A stretch of DNA of 64,000 nucleotides from Desulfobulbaceae bacterium. Its GTDB lineage: Bacteria; Desulfobacterota; Desulfobulbia; Desulfobulbales; SURF-16. Of the stretch, positions 1-9,144 are shown piece after piece. The stretch spans positions 18,310 to 82,309 of the forward strand of contig PKTX01000001.1 of NCBI GenBank assembly GCA_002868945.1, read 5' to 3'. The translations under genes and the position numbers were made by a program. A model generated the notes under the pieces. That model ran no database searches and was not told the origin of the DNA. It saw only the letters and a list, made by a program, of their open reading frames with translations. Position 1 is the first letter of the stretch; every line of letters starts with the position of its first letter.

Positions 1-2433
1 ACGTCCGGGGTCTTTCTTGTGGGCTTGGCCGACGACAAATACGGTCTGGAGGTGGATGTCGATATTGACGCCAACCTTGCCGAACTGCCCGCTGTTCTCC
101 GTACCCTGCTCGATGATGAGGATGTGGTGCGTGAACTGGGCACGGTGCAGGGCCGGGGTCGGGCCCGGGGGCATCTCCATATCGGCGATGATCTCCGTGA
201 TTATCAGGTCCGGGTTGATGTGGATCACTATGAAAACGCCGAGCTGCGTTATGACAGGCTCAGCTGGCCTGTACGGCTGGATGCCGGGCGGTTGCAGGTA
301 ACGGAATCCAGCCTGCAGTGGCAGGGGATCAAGGCCTATCTGGCCTCCCACACCATTACCGAAAGCAGTGGCCGGGTTAACTGGGACGATCCTGCCGTGC
401 CCCTGACGGTCCACTCCCTGCACGGCTTTTTCGATGCCAACACCCTGTTGGGAGAGCTTCGGAGCTATCCGCTGCTGGCAGAGGCCTTTACCGGCATCAT
501 CGATGCCGCCCACGGAGCCATTGAGCTGTCCGGCACGTTGCAGGGGCCTTTTTTCAAGCCGGAAGAGTACGTCTATAATGTTGAGGCCAGTGTCAAGAAC
601 AGTAGCTTCAAGACGCCGGTCCTGCCGCAGGAGGTTCTGGTGGAAAGGGCAAGCGCCGCCATTACTGATCAGGAGATCAGGATTCAGGCAGGCAAGGGCC
701 GCCTCCTGGATCAACCCATCAACCTGAGCGGCAGCCTCTTTCACCAGGACTGGCAGGGATGGCACGGCTCTTTACAGCTCAGCGGTATTCTGGCAGACAG
801 CCATATCAACTGGTTGCGCAACCAGGATATCCTGCCCCGTCTCATTGTGCCCACCCCCCCCCATCGGGTGGAGAAGATGAGCATCAGCTGGGACGATGAT
901 GCCATCAGGCTCAGCGGCCGGGTCTTTGCCGAACAGGAAGAGACCTTTCTGGATCTCGACATTGCCGACCTGGCTGCATCATCAACCGCCTCAATTCAGG
1001 TCAGCAGCCCCACTGGCCAGGCCCTCTTTTCTCTGCACCAGGCCGAGATTGATGAGGAGTTGACACTCTCTTTCAGCGGCGACCTCTCCAGCACTTCACT
1101 GGAGGCCTTTATGGGGCCGGGCCGGATTACCTTTGCTTCCATCAGCGGCGATTTTACCCTGTCCAAGCGGCGTGATCATCTGTTGGACGCCATTCTGTTT
1201 GATTTTTCCGGACCGCTCCAGGCCAAGAATGTAACCTGGCAATGGGGGGAGCAGAAAAGAAAGGTTACCATTCCCTCTCTGGCGCTGCAAGGCGACGGCG
1301 GCGTCTTGGCCATCAAGAAAATGGAGGTGCAGGCAAACAACGAGTCACTGAGCGTGGCCGGCACCTTTGCCAACCAGCCCGGTAAAGGTCATCTTGAGCT
1401 GGAACTCGGCACAGCCTCCACCCTCTCCATTACCAATATCGAAGATTTTCAAGAGGATTTCAGCTATTTTGTCAACACCACCCTGGGCCCGGACCTGGGC
1501 TGGCAGGAGAAGGAGGCGGCAGCCTACCCCATCTCCGGGCTGATAAATTTCGATATCGGCGGCCTTGTCGTCCCCTTTGGTGCTGATGAGGCAACGCCTG
1601 CCGCCGCCCCTCCCTATCGGCTCCCCTTTAGCCCGCTGCGCGGTTTCTATCAGTTCGACCAGTCCGATTCGCGCCTCAATCTGCGGGAGAGCAATGTCTG
1701 CGGCGTCGAGGTGAACGGCCAGTTTCTCTGGCACGGCGCCAAGGAGAGCAGTAAGGAGCTCTCCCTCATGTCGCCTGTGGAAAAGCCGCTGCAATTCAGC
1801 GACTTCCTTTCCTGTTTCAACTTCCAGAAGGTCATTGAAGGGCCTTTGAATATAACAGGCCGTATCCAGTCCGACAGCACGTTCTGTAAACAGGGCGGCC
1901 TGCTGCTCACCTCTGAAAAAGGCACTATCAAGAGGTTTGTGGCGCTCTCCAAGATCCTCAGCCTGATCAATATATCGGGTCTGTCCGGCTCTATCTGGAC
2001 CGAGGGGTTCTACTATAATTATCTGGAGGTCTCCGGTAATATCTGTGACAATATTTTCACTATTGAAAAGGCCTATATCGACGGGGATGGCGTGAAAATC
2101 GTCACCACGGGTGAGATCAACCTGATAACCATGGAGTATGATCTCACCTTCTTTGTCGTGCCTTTTTCCACCATCAACAGCCTGGTCACCAGGGTGCCGC
2201 TGGTGGGCCGGGTGGTGGGCGGCAAGGAAGGCAGAATTGTCTCGGTGCCGGTCAAGGTTACCGGTCCGATCACCGATCCCAAGATTACCGTTCTTTCTCC
2301 GTCAGCCATTGGCGAGGCCACCGCAAAATGGATCCTCGATACCATCCGTCTGCCCTTTAACTGGATGATTCCGGAACAAGAAGCTGGCAACGACGAGCCG
2401 AACATCCACGAAAATTCATCCGACATGCCATGA
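1..2433 (+). CDS. AsmA/YhdP-like envelope biogenesis protein, C-terminal part (5' end lies outside the window)
   Basis: The frame is open back to position 1. The C-terminal ~130 aa (GDGVKIVTTGEINL...VPLVGRVVGGKEGRIVSVPVKVTGPITDPKITVL) resemble the AsmA_2/DUF3971 C-terminal module of AsmA/YhdP-family proteins. Confidence 0.6.
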   Translation, partial: TSGVFLVGLADDKYGLEVDVDIDANLAELPAVLRTLLDDEDVVRELGTVQGRGRARGHLHIGDDLRDYQVRVDVDHYENAELRYDRLSWPVRLDAGRLQVTESSLQWQGIKAYLASHTITESSGRVNWDDPAVPLTVHSLHGFFDANTLLGELRSYPLLAEAFTGIIDAAHGAIELSGTLQGPFFKPEEYVYNVEASVKNSSFKTPVLPQEVLVERASAAITDQEIRIQAGKGRLLDQPINLSGSLFHQDWQGWHGSLQLSGILADSHINWLRNQDILPRLIVPTPPHRVEKMSISWDDDAIRLSGRVFAEQEETFLDLDIADLAASSTASIQVSSPTGQALFSLHQAEIDEELTLSFSGDLSSTSLEAFMGPGRITFASISGDFTLSKRRDHLLDAILFDFSGPLQAKNVTWQWGEQKRKVTIPSLALQGDGGVLAIKKMEVQANNESLSVAGTFANQPGKGHLELELGTASTLSITNIEDFQEDFSYFVNTTLGPDLGWQEKEAAAYPISGLINFDIGGLVVPFGADEATPAAAPPYRLPFSPLRGFYQFDQSDSRLNLRESNVCGVEVNGQFLWHGAKESSKELSLMSPVEKPLQFSDFLSCFNFQKVIEGPLNITGRIQSDSTFCKQGGLLLTSEKGTIKRFVALSKILSLINISGLSGSIWTEGFYYNYLEVSGNICDNIFTIEKAYIDGDGVKIVTTGEINLITMEYDLTFFVVPFSTINSLVTRVPLVGRVVGGKEGRIVSVPVKVTGPITDPKITVLSPSAIGEATAKWILDTIRLPFNWMIPEQEAGNDEPNIHENSSDMP

Positions 2434-2636
2434 CTCTTCTTACCCTTCTTGCCCTTGTCTTTATCTGTGTCGGCGGCCTGGTCACGCTCCTGTTCTGGCT
2501 GCCCAAGGTGGTGAATCGTCCTCGCTTAAAAGAGTTTCTGGGCAACCGCTATCCCCTGGTTCTGCTCTTTTATTTCACCAATGGTCCCTTTTTGCTGCTC
2601 ATCGGTCTTTACCTGCTCTGGTTTCAGTGTCGTTGA
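2430..2636 (+). CDS. small two-helix membrane protein (hypothetical)
   Basis: 68-aa ORF. Its ATG overlaps the upstream stop (ATGA at 2430-2433). Two hydrophobic helices are present (LLTLLALVFICVGGLVTLLFWL; LVLLFYFTNGPFLLLIGLYLLWF). No family recognised. Confidence 0.4.
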   Translation: MTLLTLLALVFICVGGLVTLLFWLPKVVNRPRLKEFLGNRYPLVLLFYFTNGPFLLLIGLYLLWFQCR

Positions 2637-2641
2637 AATCC

Positions 2642-3406
2642 TCAACCTCCGGTGGCAGAGCGGTCGAGCAGTTTGTAGATGGCGGTATTGGCCACCACCA
2701 GGCCGAAGATGCCGGTGAGGGTAGGCAGGCTGCCGAGCAGGCGTCGTGGTCTTCTCCCCTGGCGGAGCTGCTCATCCGTGTCGGCCGCCCCTATGGGTTC
2801 ACCATAGGTGAAATCAATATCCTCGGTGGAGTAGACACAGGTAATGCCGGGTCCAACGCCGGCCTGTCGTAATTGTTTGCGCAGCCTTCTGGCCAGGGGA
2901 CATTTTTTGGTGTTGAACAGGTCGTTGACCTTGATCTGACCGGGATCGGTGCGTAAGGCCGCCCCCATGGACGAAACCACGGCAATATCCCGGCGGTAGG
3001 CGGCGGCCAGGAGCTCAATCTTCGACGGGACCGAGTCGATGGCGTCAATGACGATATCCGGTGGGGGCGTCAGGATTTCGGCAATGTTTGTCGCATCGGC
3101 GAAAAGGGGCAGGGCCTCCACCCGACAGCGAGGATTGATGTCCAGCACCCTTTGCCGGGCCGCCTCCACCTTGAGCATTCCCACAGTGGAGTCCAGGGCA
3201 AGAATCTGCCTGTTTATATTGGAAGGGGCCACCATGTCAAAATCAACCAGCCGTATGTGGCTGATGCCGGCCCGGGCCAAGCCTTCCAGGGCGTATCCGC
3301 CCACGGCACCAATGCCGACAATGGTGACGGATCGGCGGCGCAGCCAGGCCGCCCTGCCTTTACCTAAAAGTTTTTCAATGCGTACAAAGCGTTCCATTCT
3401 GTTCAA
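2642..3406 (-). CDS. tcdA: tRNA threonylcarbamoyladenosine dehydratase (ThiF/TcdA family)
   Basis: ThiF/MoeB-type nucleotide fold GIGAVGG, VDFDMVAPSNINRQ, and a KKCPLARRLRKQLR segment typical of TcdA/CsdL. Alternative start at ATG 3397. Confidence 0.8.
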   Translation of the reverse strand: MNRMERFVRIEKLLGKGRAAWLRRRSVTIVGIGAVGGYALEGLARAGISHIRLVDFDMVAPSNINRQILALDSTVGMLKVEAARQRVLDINPRCRVEALPLFADATNIAEILTPPPDIVIDAIDSVPSKIELLAAAYRRDIAVVSSMGAALRTDPGQIKVNDLFNTKKCPLARRLRKQLRQAGVGPGITCVYSTEDIDFTYGEPIGAADTDEQLRQGRRPRRLLGSLPTLTGIFGLVVANTAIYKLLDRSATGG

Positions 3407-4127
3407 TAGCCTGAGTCAGCTCAGCCAGGGGCAGCCGACGAAGTTGTGAGACAAGAGTATAGAGACGGAGCAAGACCCGGCAATAGGTGCGGGGAGAATC
3501 AGCCTGGTTCTTTTTTTGAAAGGGAAAATCCGTCTCCAGGAGCAGGCGGTCTAAGGGGGTTGCCGTGACCACCTCCAGGATTTTTCCATTGGCGCCGTGC
3601 AAAATTCGGGGCGAAAAAGAGATCATTCCCCCCAGGCCAACCACTCTCTCCATGACCTCTTTTGACCCCTGGAAGGAATGGACCATAAAAGTAAGCCGGC
3701 CTCGAAACCGTGTCAGTATCTCCAGCAGCGGCCCCCAGGCCTTAACGCAGTGGATGGCCACAAAAGTGTCGGTCTCGGCAGCCAGCTCCAGTTGTTTTTT
3801 TAGGACCTCGTGTTGCAGGGCCATATCCGTACGGCAGAGACGATCCAGACCGATCTCTCCGCAACAGGCATGGCGCCGGCCCAAAAAAACGGCAAGCTGC
3901 TGCAGGTCGGCGGCGAGGGTGGCGGCGCTGATCTGCCATGGATGGATGCCGTAAAAAGGGATGATTTGCGGCCTGTTGGCGGCCCATGTCGCCAGCTCCT
4001 GCCACTGCTTGCCGTTGATGGTGTTGGCAAATATCTTTTCGATACCGCATTGCTGCAGTTCGGCAAGGAAGCTGTCATCCCCTTTGCTCACAAAGGGAAA
4101 GTGGCTATGGCAATCGATTATTCTCAA
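3375..4127 (-). CDS. TatD-family metal-dependent hydrolase
   Basis: Motifs IDCHSHF, GEIGLD, AIHCV, HSF and ETDFP spaced as in TatD DNases/hydrolases. Confidence 0.85.
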   Translation of the reverse strand: MRIIDCHSHFPFVSKGDDSFLAELQQCGIEKIFANTINGKQWQELATWAANRPQIIPFYGIHPWQISAATLAADLQQLAVFLGRRHACCGEIGLDRLCRTDMALQHEVLKKQLELAAETDTFVAIHCVKAWGPLLEILTRFRGRLTFMVHSFQGSKEVMERVVGLGGMISFSPRILHGANGKILEVVTATPLDRLLLETDFPFQKKNQADSPRTYCRVLLRLYTLVSQLRRLPLAELTQAIEQNGTLCTH

Positions 4128-4225
4128 GGTGACGACCGATGGTCAATAAAGGGTATCTGCGCTCATGGCCAGTGACGGCCTGAACAGGGAGACCTGCTGA
4201 TGCGGCGTCCAGGTCCGGAGCTGCC

Positions 4226-4265
4226 GCCTGCGACACTCCGAAATGTCTCATTATTCAAGATATCC
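4226..4265. repeat. fragment of the intergenic repeat superfamily (right end of an A-type element)
   Basis: GCCTGCGACACTCCGAAATGTCTCATTATTCAAGATATCC matches the module GCCTGCGACACTCCGAG of the copies at 42821 and 58230, and the A-type terminus CTCATTATTCAAGA of the copies at 16285 and 53951. Confidence 0.6.
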
Positions 4266-4406
4266 TTATATCGCAATGTAATCATGAGGAAAACCAATTC
4301 CCTTAATTCTTGACAATAAAGAGAGGCCCATTGTAGTAGATTTCACACGACGTTGATGCAATGCTCTCCCTCTTCTCTCCACTCATTCTACCCTGGAAAA
4401 GCAACC

Positions 4407-5237
4407 ATGGACTTTTTTTCCCTGCACGAAGATATAAAGCGTTTTTTTCAAGAGGATCTTGGTAGTGGCGATGTTACCTCACAGGCCATCTTTGCTCCGG
4501 AGGATATGGGCCAGGCCACCTTTCGAGCCAAAGACGCTTTTATCTGCGCAGGCATGCAGATTGCCGCTGAGGTCTTCAAGTGTCGGATCGGCGCACTCTC
4601 CTACCAGGCCGTTGCCGACGGTTTGCGCGTCGAACCGGGTCAGGAGGTTTTTTCCTGCAGAGGACCGGTGCTTGAACTTCTCCAGGCCGAACGGGTCGCC
4701 TTGAATATTGTCCAGCGTCTCTGCGGTATCGCCACTTTGACGCACCATTTTGTCCGGCAGGTTGCCGATCTGCCGGTGCGCATTACGGATACCCGGAAAA
4801 CAACGCCGGGATTACGTATGCTGGAAAAATATGCCGTGCGGGTGGGCGGCGGTCATAATCATCGCCTTAATCTGGCCGACGGCGTTATGATCAAAGACAA
4901 CCACATTGCGGCCTGCGGCTCCATTGCGGCGGCCGTGGAGCGTGTTCGTCAATTTGCCCCTCATACCTTGAAGATTGAGGTGGAGACGGAGACCCTGGCC
5001 CAGGTTAAGGAGTGTCTGGCTGCCCGGGTGGATATCATTATGCTCGACAATATGAGCATTGCCGCCATGACAGAGGCGGTGCAATATATCGCCGGCCAGG
5101 CCCTGGTGGAGGCCTCGGGCGGGGTAACCCTCGAGAATGTAAGGCAAGTGGCCGAGACAGGTGTTGATATTATCTCCATCGGTGCCCTCACCCACTCCGC
5201 GCCGGCATCTGACATTAGTATGGAGTTAACCACCTAA
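4407..5237 (+). CDS. nadC: nicotinate-nucleotide (quinolinate) phosphoribosyltransferase
   Basis: Full-length NadC-like sequence (TDTRKTTPGLR, IMLDNM, EASGGV). Start moved to ATG 4407 (MDFFSL...). The 18 upstream codons from a TTG have no support. Confidence 0.9.
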   Translation: MDFFSLHEDIKRFFQEDLGSGDVTSQAIFAPEDMGQATFRAKDAFICAGMQIAAEVFKCRIGALSYQAVADGLRVEPGQEVFSCRGPVLELLQAERVALNIVQRLCGIATLTHHFVRQVADLPVRITDTRKTTPGLRMLEKYAVRVGGGHNHRLNLADGVMIKDNHIAACGSIAAAVERVRQFAPHTLKIEVETETLAQVKECLAARVDIIMLDNMSIAAMTEAVQYIAGQALVEASGGVTLENVRQVAETGVDIISIGALTHSAPASDISMELTT

Positions 5238-5441
5238 ATACCAGGGGTGGTGGTGGCCATGTTTTTTGCCTGTGAGCCTTAAAAAAAACCGTAATATCGA
5301 AAAAATTCAAAAGATAAAAGTTTTGATATTTTAGATATTTATAATACAATATGAGCGATTATATCGGTAAAGGAGAGGGCTTTAGCCGATTTACCTTTTA
5401 CTTTCACTTTACATGGCAACTCTCAAAAAAGAGGTAAGTAT

Positions 5442-7415
5442 ATGAAATCACGATTTTTCACGATTGTGACGCCGCTGATGATACTCATTTTTTGTGTGCT
5501 GAGCGCCTCTGCGGCAATCGGTGCCACAGCGCCAGTTTACAATGCAGCGGAATTAACCAATAGTTTAAAAACAGGAGCTTACCTGCAGAAAACCGATAAT
5601 CTCATGATCATTGTCGACGGCCAGGGTGAAACCTTTCTGGGGGTCGGCCAGACGCAGAACCAAAAGATAGCCAGATATCTCGTTGCCAATATCGGCAAAA
5701 CCATTCCCAATATTCCCCATCGTCGTATGCTGCGCGTTTTCGGACCCAAGGCGGCCAGCTTTGAAAAAGATTTTTCAACCATCTTTGGCCTCTACCATAT
5801 CAATGCCACAGGTTTTAGGCCGATTATTGCCACCAAGACCCACGCCATCAGCGACTTTGATCCCTTGGGCATGACCTTTCTCTCCGCCTCCAATGAACTG
5901 GCGAAACTGAGTGGTACCCACGCCATTATTCTGATCAGTAACGGTGTACATATCCCCAAGTCGGCCATCCATGAAGCGGCCTACCTGAAAAAGAAGTTTG
6001 GCGGTTCAGTGTGCTACTATCCCATCCTTACCGGTAATGATCCTGAAGGCGCCAAAAAGATGAACGCCATTGCCAAGGTGGGCGGCTGTGGTTTCATGGC
6101 CAGATATGACGAGGTGGATTCCCCGTCGGAACTGACCAACTACATTGAAAAGATCTTTTTCAGCAAGCGGCGGCTGCCTGCCCCTGTTGTGGAACCAGAG
6201 CCGTTACCCGTGCAGGAACCCCTTGAACCAGAGCCTGTGGTTGTTGAGGAAGAGGTGATCGAGGAGGTTGTCGAGGAACCGGTGGTGCAGGAGGATGAGG
6301 TTATTATCCTGGAACGGCAACTGCCCCATGACAAGGTGGTGACCATTGAACTGCATGTTGAATTCGACCTTGACAAGGCCACCCTGCGGCCGGGTTATGA
6401 GGAAGAAATAAATCAGGTTGCCGATTTTATGCTGCGCTACCCGGAAACAGAGGCGCTTCTTGAGGGGCACACCTGTAATCTCGGCTCAGAGGCGTACAAC
6501 AAGGATCTCTCCAGCCGACGGGCCCAAACCGTGAAAAAGTATCTGGTGGACACCTTCGCCATTGATCCGGCGCGTATCAAGACCCGTGGTGCCGGCGAAA
6601 ATGAGCCCATTGCCGACAACTCCACCGAAGAAGGCCGCATGAAGAATCGGCGGGTGGTGGCTGTCATCTCCACCATTGTCACCGACTATGTCACGGTGGA
6701 GCAGGAGGTTCTCAAGTCTGATTTTCTCAGTGATGACTTTGTCATGCCGCCTGTGGAAGAGGAGATTGATGAAATGCTCCTGGAGCAGGACGATATGCAG
6801 GATAGCCAACAGTACCCTGCCCCGGATGAAGGCGACGCTCAACAGCCTGTGGAAGATGAGGCTGCATCGGTGCCTTCCGCGGACGAGCAAGAAGAGGCCG
6901 CTACTGAGGCAGCTGCCGAGGAGGGGGCGGCTGAGGGAGATGAGGACTTCTCTCTTTATCTGCAGGAACCGGTGCAGCAAGAAGATACAGTTGAGGCGAG
7001 CGGCGATGAGCTTGACGAGGATGCTGCTCCGGCCACCTCCGCCGCAGAGGAAAGCGATACGATGACGGCGCCGGTAACTGCACCTGAAACAGAAGAACAG
7101 CGCTCATCGGTTGATATGCAACAACCGGATCTGCCGGATAGTGAAGCGGCCCCGCCAGAGTTGGCGGAGGATGCCGAAATTGATGCCATCTTTGAAGAAA
7201 GTGCCGCAGAGTCTCAAGAAGAACCGGTGGAGAGTGTCGCTAACGAGACAGAAGAGGCCGAGGTAACAAGTGAAGCGCCCATTGCAGAGGATGTTGTGGT
7301 TGTTTCGCCGGGTGAAAGCGCCTTTGACGAGGAGAAAGCCCCCCTGCAGGTTGAGCCTGTGGAGGAAGAAGAGTCGAAAAAAGAGGTGGGAAGTGAAGGG
7401 GACTCCATGCTCTAA
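5442..7415 (+). CDS. OmpA-family peptidoglycan-binding protein with an N-terminal vWA-like region and a long polyacidic C-terminal tail
   Basis: Signal peptide MKSRFFTIVTPLMILIFCVLSASAAIGA. OmpA_C core at about aa 300-410 (GHTCNLGSEAYNKDLSSRRAQTVKKYL...NRRVV). An E/P/V-rich linker precedes it and a ~240-aa D/E/A/P-rich tail follows it. Confidence 0.8.
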   Translation: MKSRFFTIVTPLMILIFCVLSASAAIGATAPVYNAAELTNSLKTGAYLQKTDNLMIIVDGQGETFLGVGQTQNQKIARYLVANIGKTIPNIPHRRMLRVFGPKAASFEKDFSTIFGLYHINATGFRPIIATKTHAISDFDPLGMTFLSASNELAKLSGTHAIILISNGVHIPKSAIHEAAYLKKKFGGSVCYYPILTGNDPEGAKKMNAIAKVGGCGFMARYDEVDSPSELTNYIEKIFFSKRRLPAPVVEPEPLPVQEPLEPEPVVVEEEVIEEVVEEPVVQEDEVIILERQLPHDKVVTIELHVEFDLDKATLRPGYEEEINQVADFMLRYPETEALLEGHTCNLGSEAYNKDLSSRRAQTVKKYLVDTFAIDPARIKTRGAGENEPIADNSTEEGRMKNRRVVAVISTIVTDYVTVEQEVLKSDFLSDDFVMPPVEEEIDEMLLEQDDMQDSQQYPAPDEGDAQQPVEDEAASVPSADEQEEAATEAAAEEGAAEGDEDFSLYLQEPVQQEDTVEASGDELDEDAAPATSAAEESDTMTAPVTAPETEEQRSSVDMQQPDLPDSEAAPPELAEDAEIDAIFEESAAESQEEPVESVANETEEAEVTSEAPIAEDVVVVSPGESAFDEEKAPLQVEPVEEEESKKEVGSEGDSML

Positions 7416-7476
7416 CGGAGTCATCTTTCGGCAGTGCCTTAAAGGCGCATTGTCTATGTGGTGTTTCCCTGGTTCA

Positions 7477-7526
7477 GGCAACAAAAAAGGCTTTCCGTTA
7501 AAAAACGGAAAGCCTTTTTTGTTGCC
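7477..7526. terminator. bidirectional intrinsic terminator between convergent genes
   Basis: Perfect 23-bp stem GGCAACAAAAAAGGCTTTCCGTT / AACGGAAAGCCTTTTTTGTTGCC with an AAAA loop. The arms contain A/T runs in both orientations. It lies between the stops at 7415 (+) and 7548 (-). Confidence 0.8.
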
Positions 7527-7547
7527 TGTTTGCCTGGCAAGCCGCCC

Positions 7548-9098
7548 TCAGCCGGCGCCGATCTCGTCGACAATGGCCTGGACCATGGCCGGGATGGTGT
7601 AGGTCTCGGGTTGAACGTGGACCGCAAGGCCGTACTCACGGACCGTTTGACCGGTTATGGGACCAATGGCGGCGATCATGACCCCGTCAAGGAGCTCTTG
7701 TAAGGCCCTGTTGTCTTTGCAGTCCAGCATGTCGACAAAATTGCGCACCGTGGAGGAGCTGGTAAAGGTCACCATGTCAATCTTTTCAGCTTTGAGTTCC
7801 TCACGCAATTGCTGCCCCTCGGAGAGGGGCGGCACATTCTGGTAGACCGGGGCAATGGTTACGGTGGCACCGGCCTCGGCCAGGCCATTCTCCAGGACCT
7901 TACGGGCCTTCATGGCGCGGGGGATGAGGACCTTCTTGCCCGTGACGTCTGTCTTGCTCAGTGCTGCAACAAGGCCTTCACCGGTATATTCTGCCGGCAA
8001 CAGATCCGCCCGCAGACCATACTGCAGCAGGCAATCAGCCGTAACCCGTCCCACGGCGGCAATCTTGACACCGTGCAGCTTGCGGCAATCGTGGCCCTGT
8101 TCCTGGAGGCGCTTGAAAAAGGCATGAATGGCATTGATGGAGGTGAAAACCAGCCAGTCAAAAGTCGCCAGTTGCGCAATGGCTTGGTCTGTTTGCTGCC
8201 ACGAATCAGGTGGCTCAATGGAGATGGTGGCATGCTCCAGGCATGAGGCGCCGTTTTCCTCAAGCAGGGAAACAAGTTCACTGGCCTGTTCCCTGGTCCG
8301 GGTTACCACGATTCGTTTGCCGAACAGCGGCCGGAGCTCGTACCAGTTCAACTGGTCGCGATAGCGCACCACATCACCGACAATGGTGAGGGCCGGCGGT
8401 TTGATCCCCTGCTTGCTGACGATGTCGGCGATATTCTCCAGGGTGCCCACCACTGACTGCTGGTACGGCAGGGAGGCCCAGCGCACCACAGCCACCGGCG
8501 TTTGCGGATCACGGCCATGCTTGATGAGGTTGGCGGTGATGGAGGGCAGGTTTTTAATGCCCATGTAAAAGACCAGGGTGCCGACGCCGGTGGAGATCTT
8601 GTCCCAGGCAATGCGGCTTTCCGTCTTGTTGGGGTCTTCATGGCCGGTGATAAAGGCCACGGACGAGGTACATTGACGGTGGGTAATGGGCACACCGGCA
8701 AAGGTGGCGGCCGCGGAGGCAGAGGTCACACCGGGCACTGCCTCAAAATCCTGGCCGGCCTTGACCAGCTCCTCAAGCTCCTCGCCGCCGCGCCCGAAGA
8801 TAAAGGGGTCGCCGCCCTTGAGGCGCACCACCAGTTTACCGGCGCGAACCCTGTCCACCAACATCTGGTTGATCTCTTCCTGGGTATGGGTATGCTTGAC
8901 GCCACCCTTTTTCCCGGCATAGATGAATTCCGCATCCTTCGGAACATAGGAGAGCAGTTTCTTGCCGGCCAGGTAGTCATAGATAATAACCTCTGCCTTT
9001 TGCAGCAGTTCGCGGCCGCGCACGGTGATCAATCCCGGATCGCCGGGACCGGCGCCGATGAGATACGCCTTTCCTTTTTTATCTTTATGAGTTGTCAC
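7548..9098 (-). CDS. cobA: uroporphyrinogen-III C-methyltransferase fused to uroporphyrinogen-III synthase
   Basis: N-terminal tetrapyrrole methylase (GAGPGDPGLITVRG, GGDPFIFGRGGEE) followed by a ~250-aa HemD-like half. This fusion is typical of sulfate reducers. Confidence 0.9.
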   Translation of the reverse strand: MTTHKDKKGKAYLIGAGPGDPGLITVRGRELLQKAEVIIYDYLAGKKLLSYVPKDAEFIYAGKKGGVKHTHTQEEINQMLVDRVRAGKLVVRLKGGDPFIFGRGGEELEELVKAGQDFEAVPGVTSASAAATFAGVPITHRQCTSSVAFITGHEDPNKTESRIAWDKISTGVGTLVFYMGIKNLPSITANLIKHGRDPQTPVAVVRWASLPYQQSVVGTLENIADIVSKQGIKPPALTIVGDVVRYRDQLNWYELRPLFGKRIVVTRTREQASELVSLLEENGASCLEHATISIEPPDSWQQTDQAIAQLATFDWLVFTSINAIHAFFKRLQEQGHDCRKLHGVKIAAVGRVTADCLLQYGLRADLLPAEYTGEGLVAALSKTDVTGKKVLIPRAMKARKVLENGLAEAGATVTIAPVYQNVPPLSEGQQLREELKAEKIDMVTFTSSSTVRNFVDMLDCKDNRALQELLDGVMIAAIGPITGQTVREYGLAVHVQPETYTIPAMVQAIVDEIGAG

Positions 9099-9144
9099 GA
9101 TGAATTCGTATGTAAAATTTTATAAATAGTAGCAAGCCGCTGTT

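Noticed and set aside
5323-5345. Perfect TATAAT (5340-5345) upstream of the OmpA-family gene as a promoter
   Set aside because: The only TTGATA-like -35 box is 11 nt away, which is the wrong spacing, and nothing acceptable lies at 16-18 nt. The region is simply AT-rich, so a promoter here is likely but cannot be placed.
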